A stretch of DNA of 64,000 nt from Candidatus Moraniibacteriota bacterium. Its GTDB lineage: Bacteria; Patescibacteriota; Minisyncoccia; Moranbacterales; UBA11712. A model generated the notes under the pieces. It did not search any database, had not been told where the DNA came from, and saw only the letters and a program-made list of their open reading frames with translations. Shown one piece after another: positions 46,139 to 55,366 of the stretch. Position 1 is the first letter of the stretch, and every line of letters begins with the position of its first letter. The stretch covers positions 34,128 through 98,127 of the forward strand of contig JAUXSN010000039.1 in NCBI GenBank assembly GCA_030679895.1, given 5' to 3'. A program made the translations under genes and the position numbers.

Positions 46139-47680
46139 ATGCCATACAAAACAAAAAAAATAATCTTGCCTCTAGCGGTTTTTATTGTCTGCTTCTGCTT
46201 TTTTGGATACAGCAACTATTTTGCTTTAGCAAAAAAAGTTCAAAAAAACCAAATTGCGACGAATATTCCCACGATCTATCCTCGCTCTTCCTGGTCAAGC
46301 CTAAGCGATGACAAGAGATCAAAAAAGATTTGGCCGGCGGAAATTGAAAATCCCAAGGTGCTCATCATTCATCACACGGCGACGTCCTATAAAGGATCGA
46401 CTTCGAAACAGATCAAAAAAATATACCGGTATCATTCCTATACCCGAAAATGGGGCGATATCGGCTATAACTATATTATCGGCAAAGACGGAGCTATTTT
46501 CGAAGGGCGCTACGGAGGAAACGGGGTTATCGGAGGGCATACCTCCGGTTATAACGAAGGATCGATCGGAATTTCGGTTATCGGAAATTATCAGTCGGAA
46601 AAAATAAGTTCCGAGGCGCTGGATTCGCTTGAAAAGCTGATAGGTTGGCTGGCGGCCAACAATAGCATAGATATCTCAAACGGAATAAGTTTTCACGGCG
46701 AAAAATTGGATTCTGCCGTTATCGGCCACAAGGACGTAGCCAGCACCGCTTGCCCTGGAAAAAATATCTATAGCGATATGACGCAAATCAGAACCGCGAG
46801 CGTTGGTTTTTCCGGAACATATGCGAATTATGCTTATCAAGCGGCTGGCGACAGCCAGGTTTATGAAATAAAAAACAGCCAAAGATATTCCGGAAGCGCG
46901 AAATCGAGTATAGTTAGTATTTCAAAAACCCAGCTGGAAGCTTATTCCACGGCTGGATCGGATTCAGAAGCAATCACTTATCCCTCCGGCACGCTGGTGA
47001 AATTAAGCGCGAACGGCCGGATGGGAATTATTGATAACGGATCAATCCGGCCGGTGGAAAACAGCATTCTTTTAACCGGCTATAATGCAAAAAACATTAT
47101 TGGAATTGACCAGGCGAAATGGAACGGGTATTCAGCCGGAGATCCGGTTTCATTTCGTTCCGGATCGGTTGTCAAAAGCGCGAGCAGTTATTATTTTATG
47201 GAAAATAACCAAAAAAGGCTTCTGAAACTTCCGGACGGCCAAAATAAATACCTCGATCTAAGTTCGCCGCAAGAGGCCACCGCCGAAGAAATGCGCAATT
47301 ATCCCGACGGTCTTCAAGTTTCGGAAATATCCGATTTTCCCGCCGGGACAATCCTGACTCCAAACAATAAAAATTATTATTATATTGACGCCGGGAAGAT
47401 CAAAAGAAAAATGCCGCGAAACGTGTTTCAAGCCAGATTTTCCCGCCAAGGGGCGCTCAAGGTTTCCAGAAAACTGCTGAAGCTGTACAAAACTTCCGGG
47501 AAGGTTTCTTTTCAGGATGGATCAGTCGTGAAGTATAGAAAAAAGTATTATTTTATAGAAAATCAGAAAAAAAGGAAATTTCAAAATAAAAAACTCGTAA
47601 GCTCGATGGGCTACAAAAATGTGGTTAACGCAAAAAGAACGGAGATGAGCGGAATCGGGATCGGAGCGGACATTAAATAA
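46139..47680 (+). CDS. N-acetylmuramoyl-L-alanine amidase (Amidase_2/PGRP domain) with C-terminal repeats
   Basis: The start was set at MPYKTKKII, 8 nt after the upstream stop, followed by a TM/signal. VLIIHHTATSY, WGDIGYNYIIGKDGAIFEGR and GHTSGYNEGSIGISVIGNY match the Amidase_2 zinc site. The C-terminus has repeated SGSVVK...YYF(M/I)ENNQK(R)L modules. Confidence 0.7.
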   Translation: MPYKTKKIILPLAVFIVCFCFFGYSNYFALAKKVQKNQIATNIPTIYPRSSWSSLSDDKRSKKIWPAEIENPKVLIIHHTATSYKGSTSKQIKKIYRYHSYTRKWGDIGYNYIIGKDGAIFEGRYGGNGVIGGHTSGYNEGSIGISVIGNYQSEKISSEALDSLEKLIGWLAANNSIDISNGISFHGEKLDSAVIGHKDVASTACPGKNIYSDMTQIRTASVGFSGTYANYAYQAAGDSQVYEIKNSQRYSGSAKSSIVSISKTQLEAYSTAGSDSEAITYPSGTLVKLSANGRMGIIDNGSIRPVENSILLTGYNAKNIIGIDQAKWNGYSAGDPVSFRSGSVVKSASSYYFMENNQKRLLKLPDGQNKYLDLSSPQEATAEEMRNYPDGLQVSEISDFPAGTILTPNNKNYYYIDAGKIKRKMPRNVFQARFSRQGALKVSRKLLKLYKTSGKVSFQDGSVVKYRKKYYFIENQKKRKFQNKKLVSSMGYKNVVNAKRTEMSGIGIGADIK

Positions 47681-47689
47681 AGCTTCTTG

Positions 47690-48070
47690 CTATTTATCGC
47701 TATCTGAAACCAGCATTTTGTCGGCTGATATCATAAGAACAATTGAAAGGGCCAGGACGATCAATATTTGCCAAATCTTCATTTTATAAAGGCTTAGCGC
47801 CAGCATAACCAAGACGACAAATAAAATAATATTCAGCAAGTTGCGCGAAATTGCCCGGAACTTAATATTTTCTCTGGCGGGATATTTTTTCCCCAGCCAG
47901 GAAAAAATCAGTCCCAAAATCAAAATGATAACCAGAAAATATTTAGGATTAAAATGAGAGCTTACGATTCCCGGCAGCACCAGTTCCGGAATGAGCAGTA
48001 AAAAATAGGTTATGATAAAAGTGATAAGTAAGTCTCTGGTGATTTTATATAAAAATTTTTCCAGTGTCAT
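47690..48070 (-). CDS. Hypothetical small membrane protein
   Basis: Four predicted TM helices; convergent with the amidase gene, leaving a 9-nt gap. Confidence 0.4.
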   Translation of the reverse strand: MTLEKFLYKITRDLLITFIITYFLLLIPELVLPGIVSSHFNPKYFLVIILILGLIFSWLGKKYPARENIKFRAISRNLLNIILFVVLVMLALSLYKMKIWQILIVLALSIVLMISADKMLVSDSDK

Positions 48071-48088
48071 AAAAAGATATTATGAAGA

Positions 48089-49081
48089 TTATTTTTGTAT
48101 GTAGCGGTTAAGAATCGAAGCGAAAATTGTCCTGATAGTGTCTTTGATTGTTGCGTATGATTTCGCAGGTCTGAAATTGATAAGAGCATTATTAATGTGG
48201 ATATTTTCCACCAAACAGACGTCCTGATACTCAAGAGTGAATAAATAATATTTTCCGAGCGCTACAGGAAGGTTATCCGCATAAAAAGCGCATTTTATAT
48301 TTCCATTAGTATAATCCTTTGCTGAAATCTGGCATTGAGAGCGGTTGGCCGGAGTTATGTCATTTACGGGTATCGAATAATGTTCCGGCCATGCCTTATC
48401 CATAAAATTCGGATCAGTAATCAAGCGTTTTTGTCCGTTGAGAATGAGATAAAACGAGTGCGTTGGAAAACTTTCGAAAATAATTCCGTCCGGATGAGGA
48501 AGTGTCCAAAGAAAAACTCCCTCGTCCGCTTCCGGATATTGGTCGATCACTGATTGATCAACGTCAACCATATAATCAAAACCGTATCCAAAGGCGAGCA
48601 GTATTTCCGGTCCCGGAAAAAGGATTTTTTTGCCGTGGCTGATGAGAAAAACTCGATCCGTCGGCTTATTATGAAGCAGTGTCCCGTTGGAATATTTTGT
48701 GGAGTTGTCGATGTAGAGTAAATTTCTCAATTCATCCTGGCTGTTTATATCCGGTCCGGCGGGATAGAGAAAGGCCTGATAAGTTCTTTCGAGCGATACA
48801 ACAGGTAAATTTTCTTTACAAGATTTCTTCTCAGTCTTCTTCAGGTTCACATCCAGATTTATAATATTATTTTTCTTGAGGGGAAAAACACCGAACGAAA
48901 GTTCATTGGCGCCGGTGTCTTTTCGGATATCAAATTTGGAAAGTTTCGGCTGGCCGCTCAAATAAGCGAATTTTTCAACTGGGAAAAAGACAAGATAAAG
49001 ACCGACAATCACCACAACGACAGGAATCAGATAGATTAATATTCTTATAATTTTATAAATCTTACCAAGTGATGCTTCCAT
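48089..49081 (-). CDS. Hypothetical membrane-anchored protein
   Basis: N-terminal TM (IIRILIYLIPVVVVIVGLYLVFF); transcribed divergently from the ftsA-like gene. Confidence 0.4.
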   Translation of the reverse strand: MEASLGKIYKIIRILIYLIPVVVVIVGLYLVFFPVEKFAYLSGQPKLSKFDIRKDTGANELSFGVFPLKKNNIINLDVNLKKTEKKSCKENLPVVSLERTYQAFLYPAGPDINSQDELRNLLYIDNSTKYSNGTLLHNKPTDRVFLISHGKKILFPGPEILLAFGYGFDYMVDVDQSVIDQYPEADEGVFLWTLPHPDGIIFESFPTHSFYLILNGQKRLITDPNFMDKAWPEHYSIPVNDITPANRSQCQISAKDYTNGNIKCAFYADNLPVALGKYYLFTLEYQDVCLVENIHINNALINFRPAKSYATIKDTIRTIFASILNRYIQK

Positions 49082-49221
49082 GGCCTCATGTTAGCTAATT
49101 AGTCCGGTTTCTGTCAAAGATTAAGCGGCTCGAAAAAATAAACTTTTCGGCTTTCCAAAAAAAACTTTGCCTTTTCGTTATTTTTTAGTATAATTAAATC
49201 AAGAACAAAGAACAAAAGAAT

Positions 49222-50484
49222 ATGGGAATATTCTCGAAAATTTTTAGGCGGCGCGGGGCAGGCCATGCGTTGGCTTTGGATATTGGAACCGAAGTGGTCA
49301 AGGCTTTGATTTTTAAGATTGACGAAGAATCAGAGAAAGGGATTGTGGCCGGCGTGGGGCGGGCCCGGCAGCGCCTGGGCGATATGCAATCAGGGGCGGT
49401 GAGCGATATTTCAGGGGTTGTCAGTTCCTGCGAAGAAGCTATCGCAAAAGCGGAAGAGATGGCGGGAGCCAGGAGGGTGGAACAAACGATTATGGGAATT
49501 GCCGGAGAATTGGTCAAGGGTTCAACAACCACCGTTCATTACGAGCGCTTAAAACCGGAAATCAGGATTGATCTTCCGGAACTTAAAAATATTATTCAAA
49601 AGGTCCAGTGGAAAGCTTTTGACCGCATTCGCCAGCAGTTAGCCTGGGAAACAGGACACAGCGAAATTGATGTAAAGCTGATCAACGCCGCGATCGTGGA
49701 TGTGCGAATAGACGGTTATCGGGTGACAAATCCTCTTGGATTTCAGGGAAGGGACGTTTCTATCGGAGTTTTTAACGCTTATGCGCCGATGGTTCATCTG
49801 GGCGCTCTTCAAAAAATTGCCGAGGAACTCGATCTTGATCTCTTAAGCATTGCCGCCGAGCCTTACGCGGTAGCAAGATCTATGGGACTGGAAAATACCG
49901 TTGATTTTAGCGCTATTTTTATCGATGTGGGAGGAGGAACGACCGATATAGCGCTGGTCAGAAATGGAGGCCTTGAGGGAACGAAAATGTTCGCGCTGGG
50001 AGGAAGAGCTTTTACCAAGCGTTTGGCCCAGGAGCTGAATATCAGTTTTGAAGAAGCGGAGCAGCTGAAAATAAGGTACGGCCGGGGAGAAACGGGAAGG
50101 GACGTCAGCGCGAGAATAAACAAGCTGCTCGAGGAAGATTGCCGGGTATGGCTGGACGGGATAGAGCTTTCTTTGAGCGAATACGCGGATTCCGACTTAC
50201 TGCCGAATAAAATTCTTCTTTGCGGAGGAGGATCGGCGCTGCCGGGGATCAAAAACGCCCTTCTTGACAAGGCATGGCTAAGAAACCTCCCTTTTTCAAA
50301 AATTCCTTCGATAAGTTTTCTTCAGCCGAAAGATGTTGTTAATATCCAGGATACCACGGGGCTTCTCCGGGATCCGCAGGACGTTACTCCTATGGGACTG
50401 GCCAATCTTGCTCTTGATTTGGTAGGAGAAGAAAAAGTCTTATCGAGTATGCTCCGCCGGGCGGTTAAAATGATGCAAAATTAA
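49222..50484 (+). CDS. ftsA: Cell-division protein FtsA-like actin-fold ATPase
   Basis: LALDIGTEVVKALIF is the phosphate-1 motif, DVGGGTTDIAL phosphate-2 and LCGGGSALPGI the adenosine motif. At about 420 aa the length fits FtsA better than PilM, which is not excluded. Confidence 0.55.
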   Translation: MGIFSKIFRRRGAGHALALDIGTEVVKALIFKIDEESEKGIVAGVGRARQRLGDMQSGAVSDISGVVSSCEEAIAKAEEMAGARRVEQTIMGIAGELVKGSTTTVHYERLKPEIRIDLPELKNIIQKVQWKAFDRIRQQLAWETGHSEIDVKLINAAIVDVRIDGYRVTNPLGFQGRDVSIGVFNAYAPMVHLGALQKIAEELDLDLLSIAAEPYAVARSMGLENTVDFSAIFIDVGGGTTDIALVRNGGLEGTKMFALGGRAFTKRLAQELNISFEEAEQLKIRYGRGETGRDVSARINKLLEEDCRVWLDGIELSLSEYADSDLLPNKILLCGGGSALPGIKNALLDKAWLRNLPFSKIPSISFLQPKDVVNIQDTTGLLRDPQDVTPMGLANLALDLVGEEKVLSSMLRRAVKMMQN

Positions 50485-50488
50485 AATC

Positions 50489-52450
50489 ATGTCTCACAAA
50501 ACAATCTACATTGATATAGACGAAGAGATAACTTCTGTTATCGACAGGATGAGGAAAGCCGAGGCCGGCGAGGTGATTATTGTCGCTCCCAAAAGAGCTT
50601 TGCTTTTGCAGAGCCTGGTTAATTTAAAACTGCTGAAGAAAGAAGCTGATCGTCGGAAAAGGCGTATTATGATTGTGACCCAGGACAAGATTGGAAAAAA
50701 ACTGATAGAAAAGGCGGGAATACTGGCTCATGGCAAAGTTGATGATTCGATGGCAGACAATGGCGAGACAGAAGAACCGGCGATAAAAGGAAAACAGCTG
50801 ATTAAAAATCAGGAATTGATTGAAAACATTGAAGGCGAGCAGGAAGAAGAACCTGTCGGGTCGGACAGCTATTTTGACGAACCCTTGAAAACGGAGGCGA
50901 GCCGGGAAGCTGCCAGTCCCGGAGAAGGATTGAAAAACAGCAATATTGACAAGATTCAATTTGAAATTCCCGCTTTTGAAAAAACAGAAAATATCCAATC
51001 CAAAAGCGCGAAAAGGGACAGCGCAAGAAAGGTAAAAGATCGCGGAAAACCTGATAAATCCGTGCAAATGTCGGATATTGTCGCCGGCTCCAAACCAAAA
51101 TCCAAAAGAAAAGAAGAAAATATCGTGGAAAAAAAAGATGAGGAAAATTATGAAACTGAAAAAACGCCTTTGGGATCCGGACAATTTTATAAAAAATCAG
51201 GCCATGATCCGCATTTCGAGAATCAAACGGAAAAGTTTTTCAGCGGAACCTCGATTATGAAGGAGACAGTTTCCCGCCGAAAAGCCGGAAAATTAAACGA
51301 AAGAAGGCTCAAAGGCAAAGTTGGCCGGTACTTTGTTTTTTTCGCCATAGCCATCGTTGTTTTGGGCGGCCTTGCTCTTGCGTACTATTACTTTCCGAAA
51401 GCGAAAATAACGCTTTATTTAAAGAGCCAGGTAAAAAGCAGTTCCGTTGATATCGAGGCGAGCCTTTCAGCGGCTGGAGTCAAAGGAGAAGAAGGAATAG
51501 CGCCGGCAAAACTGGAACAGCTGGAAAAAGAAAAAAAGGAAGAATTCAACGCCACGGGAAGCAAAAACGGCGGCGGGAAAGCAATCGGAAAAGTGGTAAT
51601 ATATAATGATTTTAGCGCGGATAACCAGCCCCTTGTCAGCACTACCCGCCTGGAAACGGCTGATGGGAAAATATTCAGAATCACCAAATCAATCATTGTT
51701 CCCGGAATGACAAAAGTTGGAACGGAAACGAAGTCCGGGGCAATCGAAGTTGATGTCGTGGCTGATAAAGCCGGGCGCGAATATAATATCGATCCGGCCG
51801 ATTTCAAAATACCGGGCTTTAAGGGCGGACCGAAATTTGATAAATTTTATGCCAGATCCGCGAAAGCCATGACTGGCGGATCAACCGGAGAAACACCACT
51901 TGTATCATCCCAAGATATCAGCCAGGCGAAAGAAAAAATAATCGCGGAGGCTAAAGAGGAAGCTATCCGGGATTTGAAACAAAGCCTTCCGGCCGAAAGA
52001 AAAATTTTTGATGATTCGGTGGTTGTGGAGCTGGAAAGCGCGGCTCCTTCAGCAGCCGCGGGAACGGAAACAGATAAGTTTTTTTATACCGTTAAAGTAA
52101 GAGCGAAAACCATTTCTTTTTCAGAAGATGATGTGAAAGAAATAATCAGAATGAAAACAGATGAAAATCGGGAAGGAACGATTAGTTTCAAAACCCCCCT
52201 GAATTACATGCTTTCGGAGGAAAATCTGGAAAAAGGATACGTGAAATTTGAAGTAAAAACGGATCTGGAAACAGCCGGTGACATTGATCTTGAAAATTTC
52301 AGGAAGGGAGTGCTGGGAAAGAATTCAGATGAAATAGCGTCTTTTGCCAAGGCGTACCCGGCCGTTTTGAAAGCAGACGTAAGCTTCTGGCCTTTTTTCA
52401 CCACTCGCGCGCCGATGAATGAAAAGAGGGTGGAAATTGAGATAAAATAG
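50489..52450 (+). CDS. Hypothetical bitopic membrane protein (cytoplasmic N-domain, K/E-rich linker, one TM, ~340-aa extracytoplasmic domain)
   Basis: TM at YFVFFAIAIVVLGGLALAYYYF. The last 54 nt of the gene are duplicated at 59237-59290. Confidence 0.45.
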   Translation: MSHKTIYIDIDEEITSVIDRMRKAEAGEVIIVAPKRALLLQSLVNLKLLKKEADRRKRRIMIVTQDKIGKKLIEKAGILAHGKVDDSMADNGETEEPAIKGKQLIKNQELIENIEGEQEEEPVGSDSYFDEPLKTEASREAASPGEGLKNSNIDKIQFEIPAFEKTENIQSKSAKRDSARKVKDRGKPDKSVQMSDIVAGSKPKSKRKEENIVEKKDEENYETEKTPLGSGQFYKKSGHDPHFENQTEKFFSGTSIMKETVSRRKAGKLNERRLKGKVGRYFVFFAIAIVVLGGLALAYYYFPKAKITLYLKSQVKSSSVDIEASLSAAGVKGEEGIAPAKLEQLEKEKKEEFNATGSKNGGGKAIGKVVIYNDFSADNQPLVSTTRLETADGKIFRITKSIIVPGMTKVGTETKSGAIEVDVVADKAGREYNIDPADFKIPGFKGGPKFDKFYARSAKAMTGGSTGETPLVSSQDISQAKEKIIAEAKEEAIRDLKQSLPAERKIFDDSVVVELESAAPSAAAGTETDKFFYTVKVRAKTISFSEDDVKEIIRMKTDENREGTISFKTPLNYMLSEENLEKGYVKFEVKTDLETAGDIDLENFRKGVLGKNSDEIASFAKAYPAVLKADVSFWPFFTTRAPMNEKRVEIEIK

Positions 52451-52460
52451 CGATTGGGGG
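52407..52460. repeat. Left copy of 54-bp direct repeat (gcgcgccgatgaaTgaaaagagggtggaaattgagataaaatagcgattggggg)
   Basis: Matches 59237-59290 at 53 of 54 positions and is co-linear with the 3' end (APMNEKRVEIEIK*) of gene 50489-52450. Confidence 0.85.
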
Positions 52461-52546
52461 GCTGGTTTTGCTCATCGCGATAAGCAGATAATTGCTTGTT
52501 TAATGATACTATAAAGTTATAGAAATCATCATTTTTAACGAAAAAT

Positions 52547-53572
52547 ATGAAAACTCAAGAAACAATCAAAAAAATCGAAGAATCGAGAGGGTCAAGAGTT
52601 GTAACCTATGTCACCAGCGATCGGCAAGGGCCGGTGAATGCCCGGGTGGCAATGGATATTATTCCAATTATCAGTAATCAACTGCGGAAAATTGGAAAGC
52701 AAGACAAGATTGATTTGGTGCTGTATAGCTCCGGCGGCGACACGATGGTGCCGTGGCGCTTGGTTTCTATGATCCGCGAGTATTGCGACCACTTTTCGGT
52801 TCTCGTGCCATATAAGGCTCACAGCGCCGCGACAATGATCGCTTTGGGTGCCGATGAAATAGTAATGAGCGATATGTCCGAACTCTCGCCGATTGATCCC
52901 TCAACCGCCAATGTTTTCAATCCCGTCGATCCACAAAATCCGCAAAACAGAATTCCGATCAGCGTGGAAGATGTTATGGCATATTTCGATCTGGCAAAAA
53001 ACAAATTCGGAATCAAAAGCGATGAGGAATTGACGGAAATATTCAAAAAATTTATCGACAGCAATCCTTCAATTCATCCTCTGGCTCTCGGAAATGTCAA
53101 TCGCACGCATAATCTGATCAAAATTCTCGCGAAGCGACTCTTGAAAAGCCATAAGGCGCCGATGAAAGAGGATGAGATTGAAAAAATAATTGAATTCTTA
53201 ACGGAAAAACTTTATTCACATCAATATTATATTGGTCGCAAAGAAGCTAAAGATGATCTTGGAATAAAGTCCGTTGTTTTCGCGGACAAAGAACTTTCTG
53301 ATCTGATGTCGGAACTTTATGAGGAATACAAACAAGAAATGAAAATGACAGAAATCTGGAATCCGGAAACAGAACTCGGCGAAAATCAGGTGATGAACAA
53401 GAAAGTTTACAAAATCGCTTATGTCGAGAATGCGGAAATCAGCAATTATTTTGAGGTAAATATGGAATTTAAGAAAGTTCAACAAAACGTTGCCCAGCAA
53501 ACTACAATAGGCCCAATAAATATCCCGCAGGAGCAAATTGTGTGGAGAATGATTGGGCAGGGGTGGAAATAA
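52547..53572 (+). CDS. ClpP/crotonase-fold serine protease of the SDH (serine dehydrogenase proteinase) / S49-like family
   Basis: EESRGSRVVTYVTSDRQG, LVLYSSGGDTMVPWRLVSMIRE, AHSAATMIALGADEIVM and LSPIDPS match the SDH_sah pattern (catalytic Ser in AHSAAT). Confidence 0.55.
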   Translation: MKTQETIKKIEESRGSRVVTYVTSDRQGPVNARVAMDIIPIISNQLRKIGKQDKIDLVLYSSGGDTMVPWRLVSMIREYCDHFSVLVPYKAHSAATMIALGADEIVMSDMSELSPIDPSTANVFNPVDPQNPQNRIPISVEDVMAYFDLAKNKFGIKSDEELTEIFKKFIDSNPSIHPLALGNVNRTHNLIKILAKRLLKSHKAPMKEDEIEKIIEFLTEKLYSHQYYIGRKEAKDDLGIKSVVFADKELSDLMSELYEEYKQEMKMTEIWNPETELGENQVMNKKVYKIAYVENAEISNYFEVNMEFKKVQQNVAQQTTIGPINIPQEQIVWRMIGQGWK

Positions 53573-53602
53573 AGGAAAAAGGGCTGGACAGAAAAAACGA
53601 GA

Positions 53603-53635
53603 GTGATATAATATCACTATATCACTATGATATCA
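53603..53635. promoter_or_regulatory. Tandem palindromes gtgatataatatcac and atgatatcat (shared TGATAT half-site) overlapping a TATAAT box
   Basis: A perfect 15-bp palindrome and a perfect 10-bp palindrome lie about 35 nt upstream of ATG 53671. They look like an operator overlapping the -10 region. Confidence 0.4.
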
Positions 53636-53670
53636 TGCGAAAATCCTCTAACAATTAACATTTTATATCT

Positions 53671-54144
53671 ATGAACTATAATTTTACTATCTATTCGGAC
53701 CAAGAAAAATTATCCACGACCTCTAATATAAGCAATGGCGGGTGGGTTAATCTTAATCTTGGATATCTGCCTATTTCCATTGGAGATCGCGTCGAAGCGG
53801 CTTATGTGGCTAAAGTCGAAATAAATACAAGCTCCACTTTGGATGATGACAACACCACAAATAATATCGGTAGTTATGAAAAAATCGAAAGTGCGTTATT
53901 AAATAACAGCAATACTTTTTTTGAGAACGATTTTTTCCCCAGCTTTGTATACGGAGTCAATTATTCTTGGGATAATAACAAGCTTCTAAATTTTGATTTA
54001 ACTGAGATCGAAAAAATAGATATTTCTTGTGCCAGCGATTTGCAAGATAGAGGCAATTATGTTCGTTTTATCCTTGGAAAAAGTAATAATTCTTTGCAAG
54101 CTGCTTTGAAGTTTTGTCGGATTCCTTTTTGGATTCATAAATAA
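53671..54144 (+). CDS. Hypothetical protein (island cargo)
   Basis: A 157-aa Asn-rich product from a coding region of about 30% GC. No motif recognised. Confidence 0.4.
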   Translation: MNYNFTIYSDQEKLSTTSNISNGGWVNLNLGYLPISIGDRVEAAYVAKVEINTSSTLDDDNTTNNIGSYEKIESALLNNSNTFFENDFFPSFVYGVNYSWDNNKLLNFDLTEIEKIDISCASDLQDRGNYVRFILGKSNNSLQAALKFCRIPFWIHK

Positions 54145-54161
54145 AATTAAAACATAAATAT

Positions 54162-54851
54162 ATGGAGCCTACAATTAAAAAAATACAAACGGCGATCTTT
54201 ATTAAGAATTTTCAGATTCAGAATGAGTATGAAAAATCTAATTTATTACTTGATTCAAAAGAAAAAATTGGTGATATTTTTGATGGTCAGCCAATCTTAA
54301 TTCCTGCACCAAACGAAATGCCGCCTGAAATTCCGAGGATTGTTTTAAATAGCGCTGATAATTTGTTTTCATGCAATATCGCTCTGAATCGAACTGATAT
54401 TTTTTTTAATTCTGCTAATAGCAAAGAGAAAGATGTAAATATCATATTGGAAAAACAAAAAACAAATTCCCTTAGAGTATTTGATTTTCTGAAAGAAAAA
54501 AACGTTATCATAAATAGAATTGGTTTCGTTGTTGATGTTGAGTATGCAATTGAAAATGCCATAGAATTTTTGAAGGCAGAATTCATTAATGAAAATAAGT
54601 TTGAAAGTCCCAAAGAACTTTCATTTAGATATAATAGAAGTAGTATTATCGAGGAAATTAATATTCCGATGAATAATTTGGTAACCGTGTCAGGAAAAAA
54701 TGATAGCAATGTTATTCAAATTCAACTTGATATCAATACTGTTTCCGAAATTATGAGTTCGAGTGATTTTTCAAAAGAATATTTTGATAAGATAATTACA
54801 TATTCGGAAAATAAAATAAATTCTATTATTAAAGAATTTCCTAATTTATAA
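54162..54851 (+). CDS. Hypothetical protein (island cargo)
   Basis: A 229-aa product from a gene tightly spaced with its neighbours. No motif recognised. Confidence 0.4.
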   Translation: MEPTIKKIQTAIFIKNFQIQNEYEKSNLLLDSKEKIGDIFDGQPILIPAPNEMPPEIPRIVLNSADNLFSCNIALNRTDIFFNSANSKEKDVNIILEKQKTNSLRVFDFLKEKNVIINRIGFVVDVEYAIENAIEFLKAEFINENKFESPKELSFRYNRSSIIEEINIPMNNLVTVSGKNDSNVIQIQLDINTVSEIMSSSDFSKEYFDKIITYSENKINSIIKEFPNL

Positions 54852-54853
54852 AA

Positions 54854-55366
54854 ATGGCTGATCAAAAAAAGAAGAGGAAAACTTCTACGGTTGAAGAAGA
54901 GCCATCTCCCTCACAGACTCCACAAGCAGAAGATTCTTTGCAGGTTTTAGCGTATGAATTAGCCAAGAAAACAAAGGAAGATTTTGACGAATTTAAAATA
55001 AACTCGAAAAGCCCAGAATGGGCTCAAAAATTAATAGATTCTCAACTCAGTTTGCAGAGGGTTATGAGAATTATTTTTTGGTTATTTTTTACTTTTTTAG
55101 TGTTTGTAATAATATCTTTTATTCTCTTTTCTGTGTTCGAGCTCAATAATCTACTTAATGTCCTGGAATATATTAGAGATAGTAAAAGAATGGAACAAAG
55201 CGATGAAATATTAAAACAGTATAATCAATTATTTTTTTATTGCAAAAGCATTACGACTTTCTTCGCATCAGTAATCGGAACTCTTGGAATTATTGGCTTT
55301 TTTATTTTTATATTCACAAAAGTTTCCGAAAATTTAACAAAAAATATTATTAATAAAGATAAATAG
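54854..55366 (+). CDS. Hypothetical two-TM membrane protein (island cargo)
   Basis: A charged N-terminal region is followed by TM helices at IIFWLFFTFLVFVIISFILFSVF and FFASVIGTLGIIGFFIFIF. The stop is adjacent to the mod start. Confidence 0.45.
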   Translation: MADQKKKRKTSTVEEEPSPSQTPQAEDSLQVLAYELAKKTKEDFDEFKINSKSPEWAQKLIDSQLSLQRVMRIIFWLFFTFLVFVIISFILFSVFELNNLLNVLEYIRDSKRMEQSDEILKQYNQLFFYCKSITTFFASVIGTLGIIGFFIFIFTKVSENLTKNIINKDK

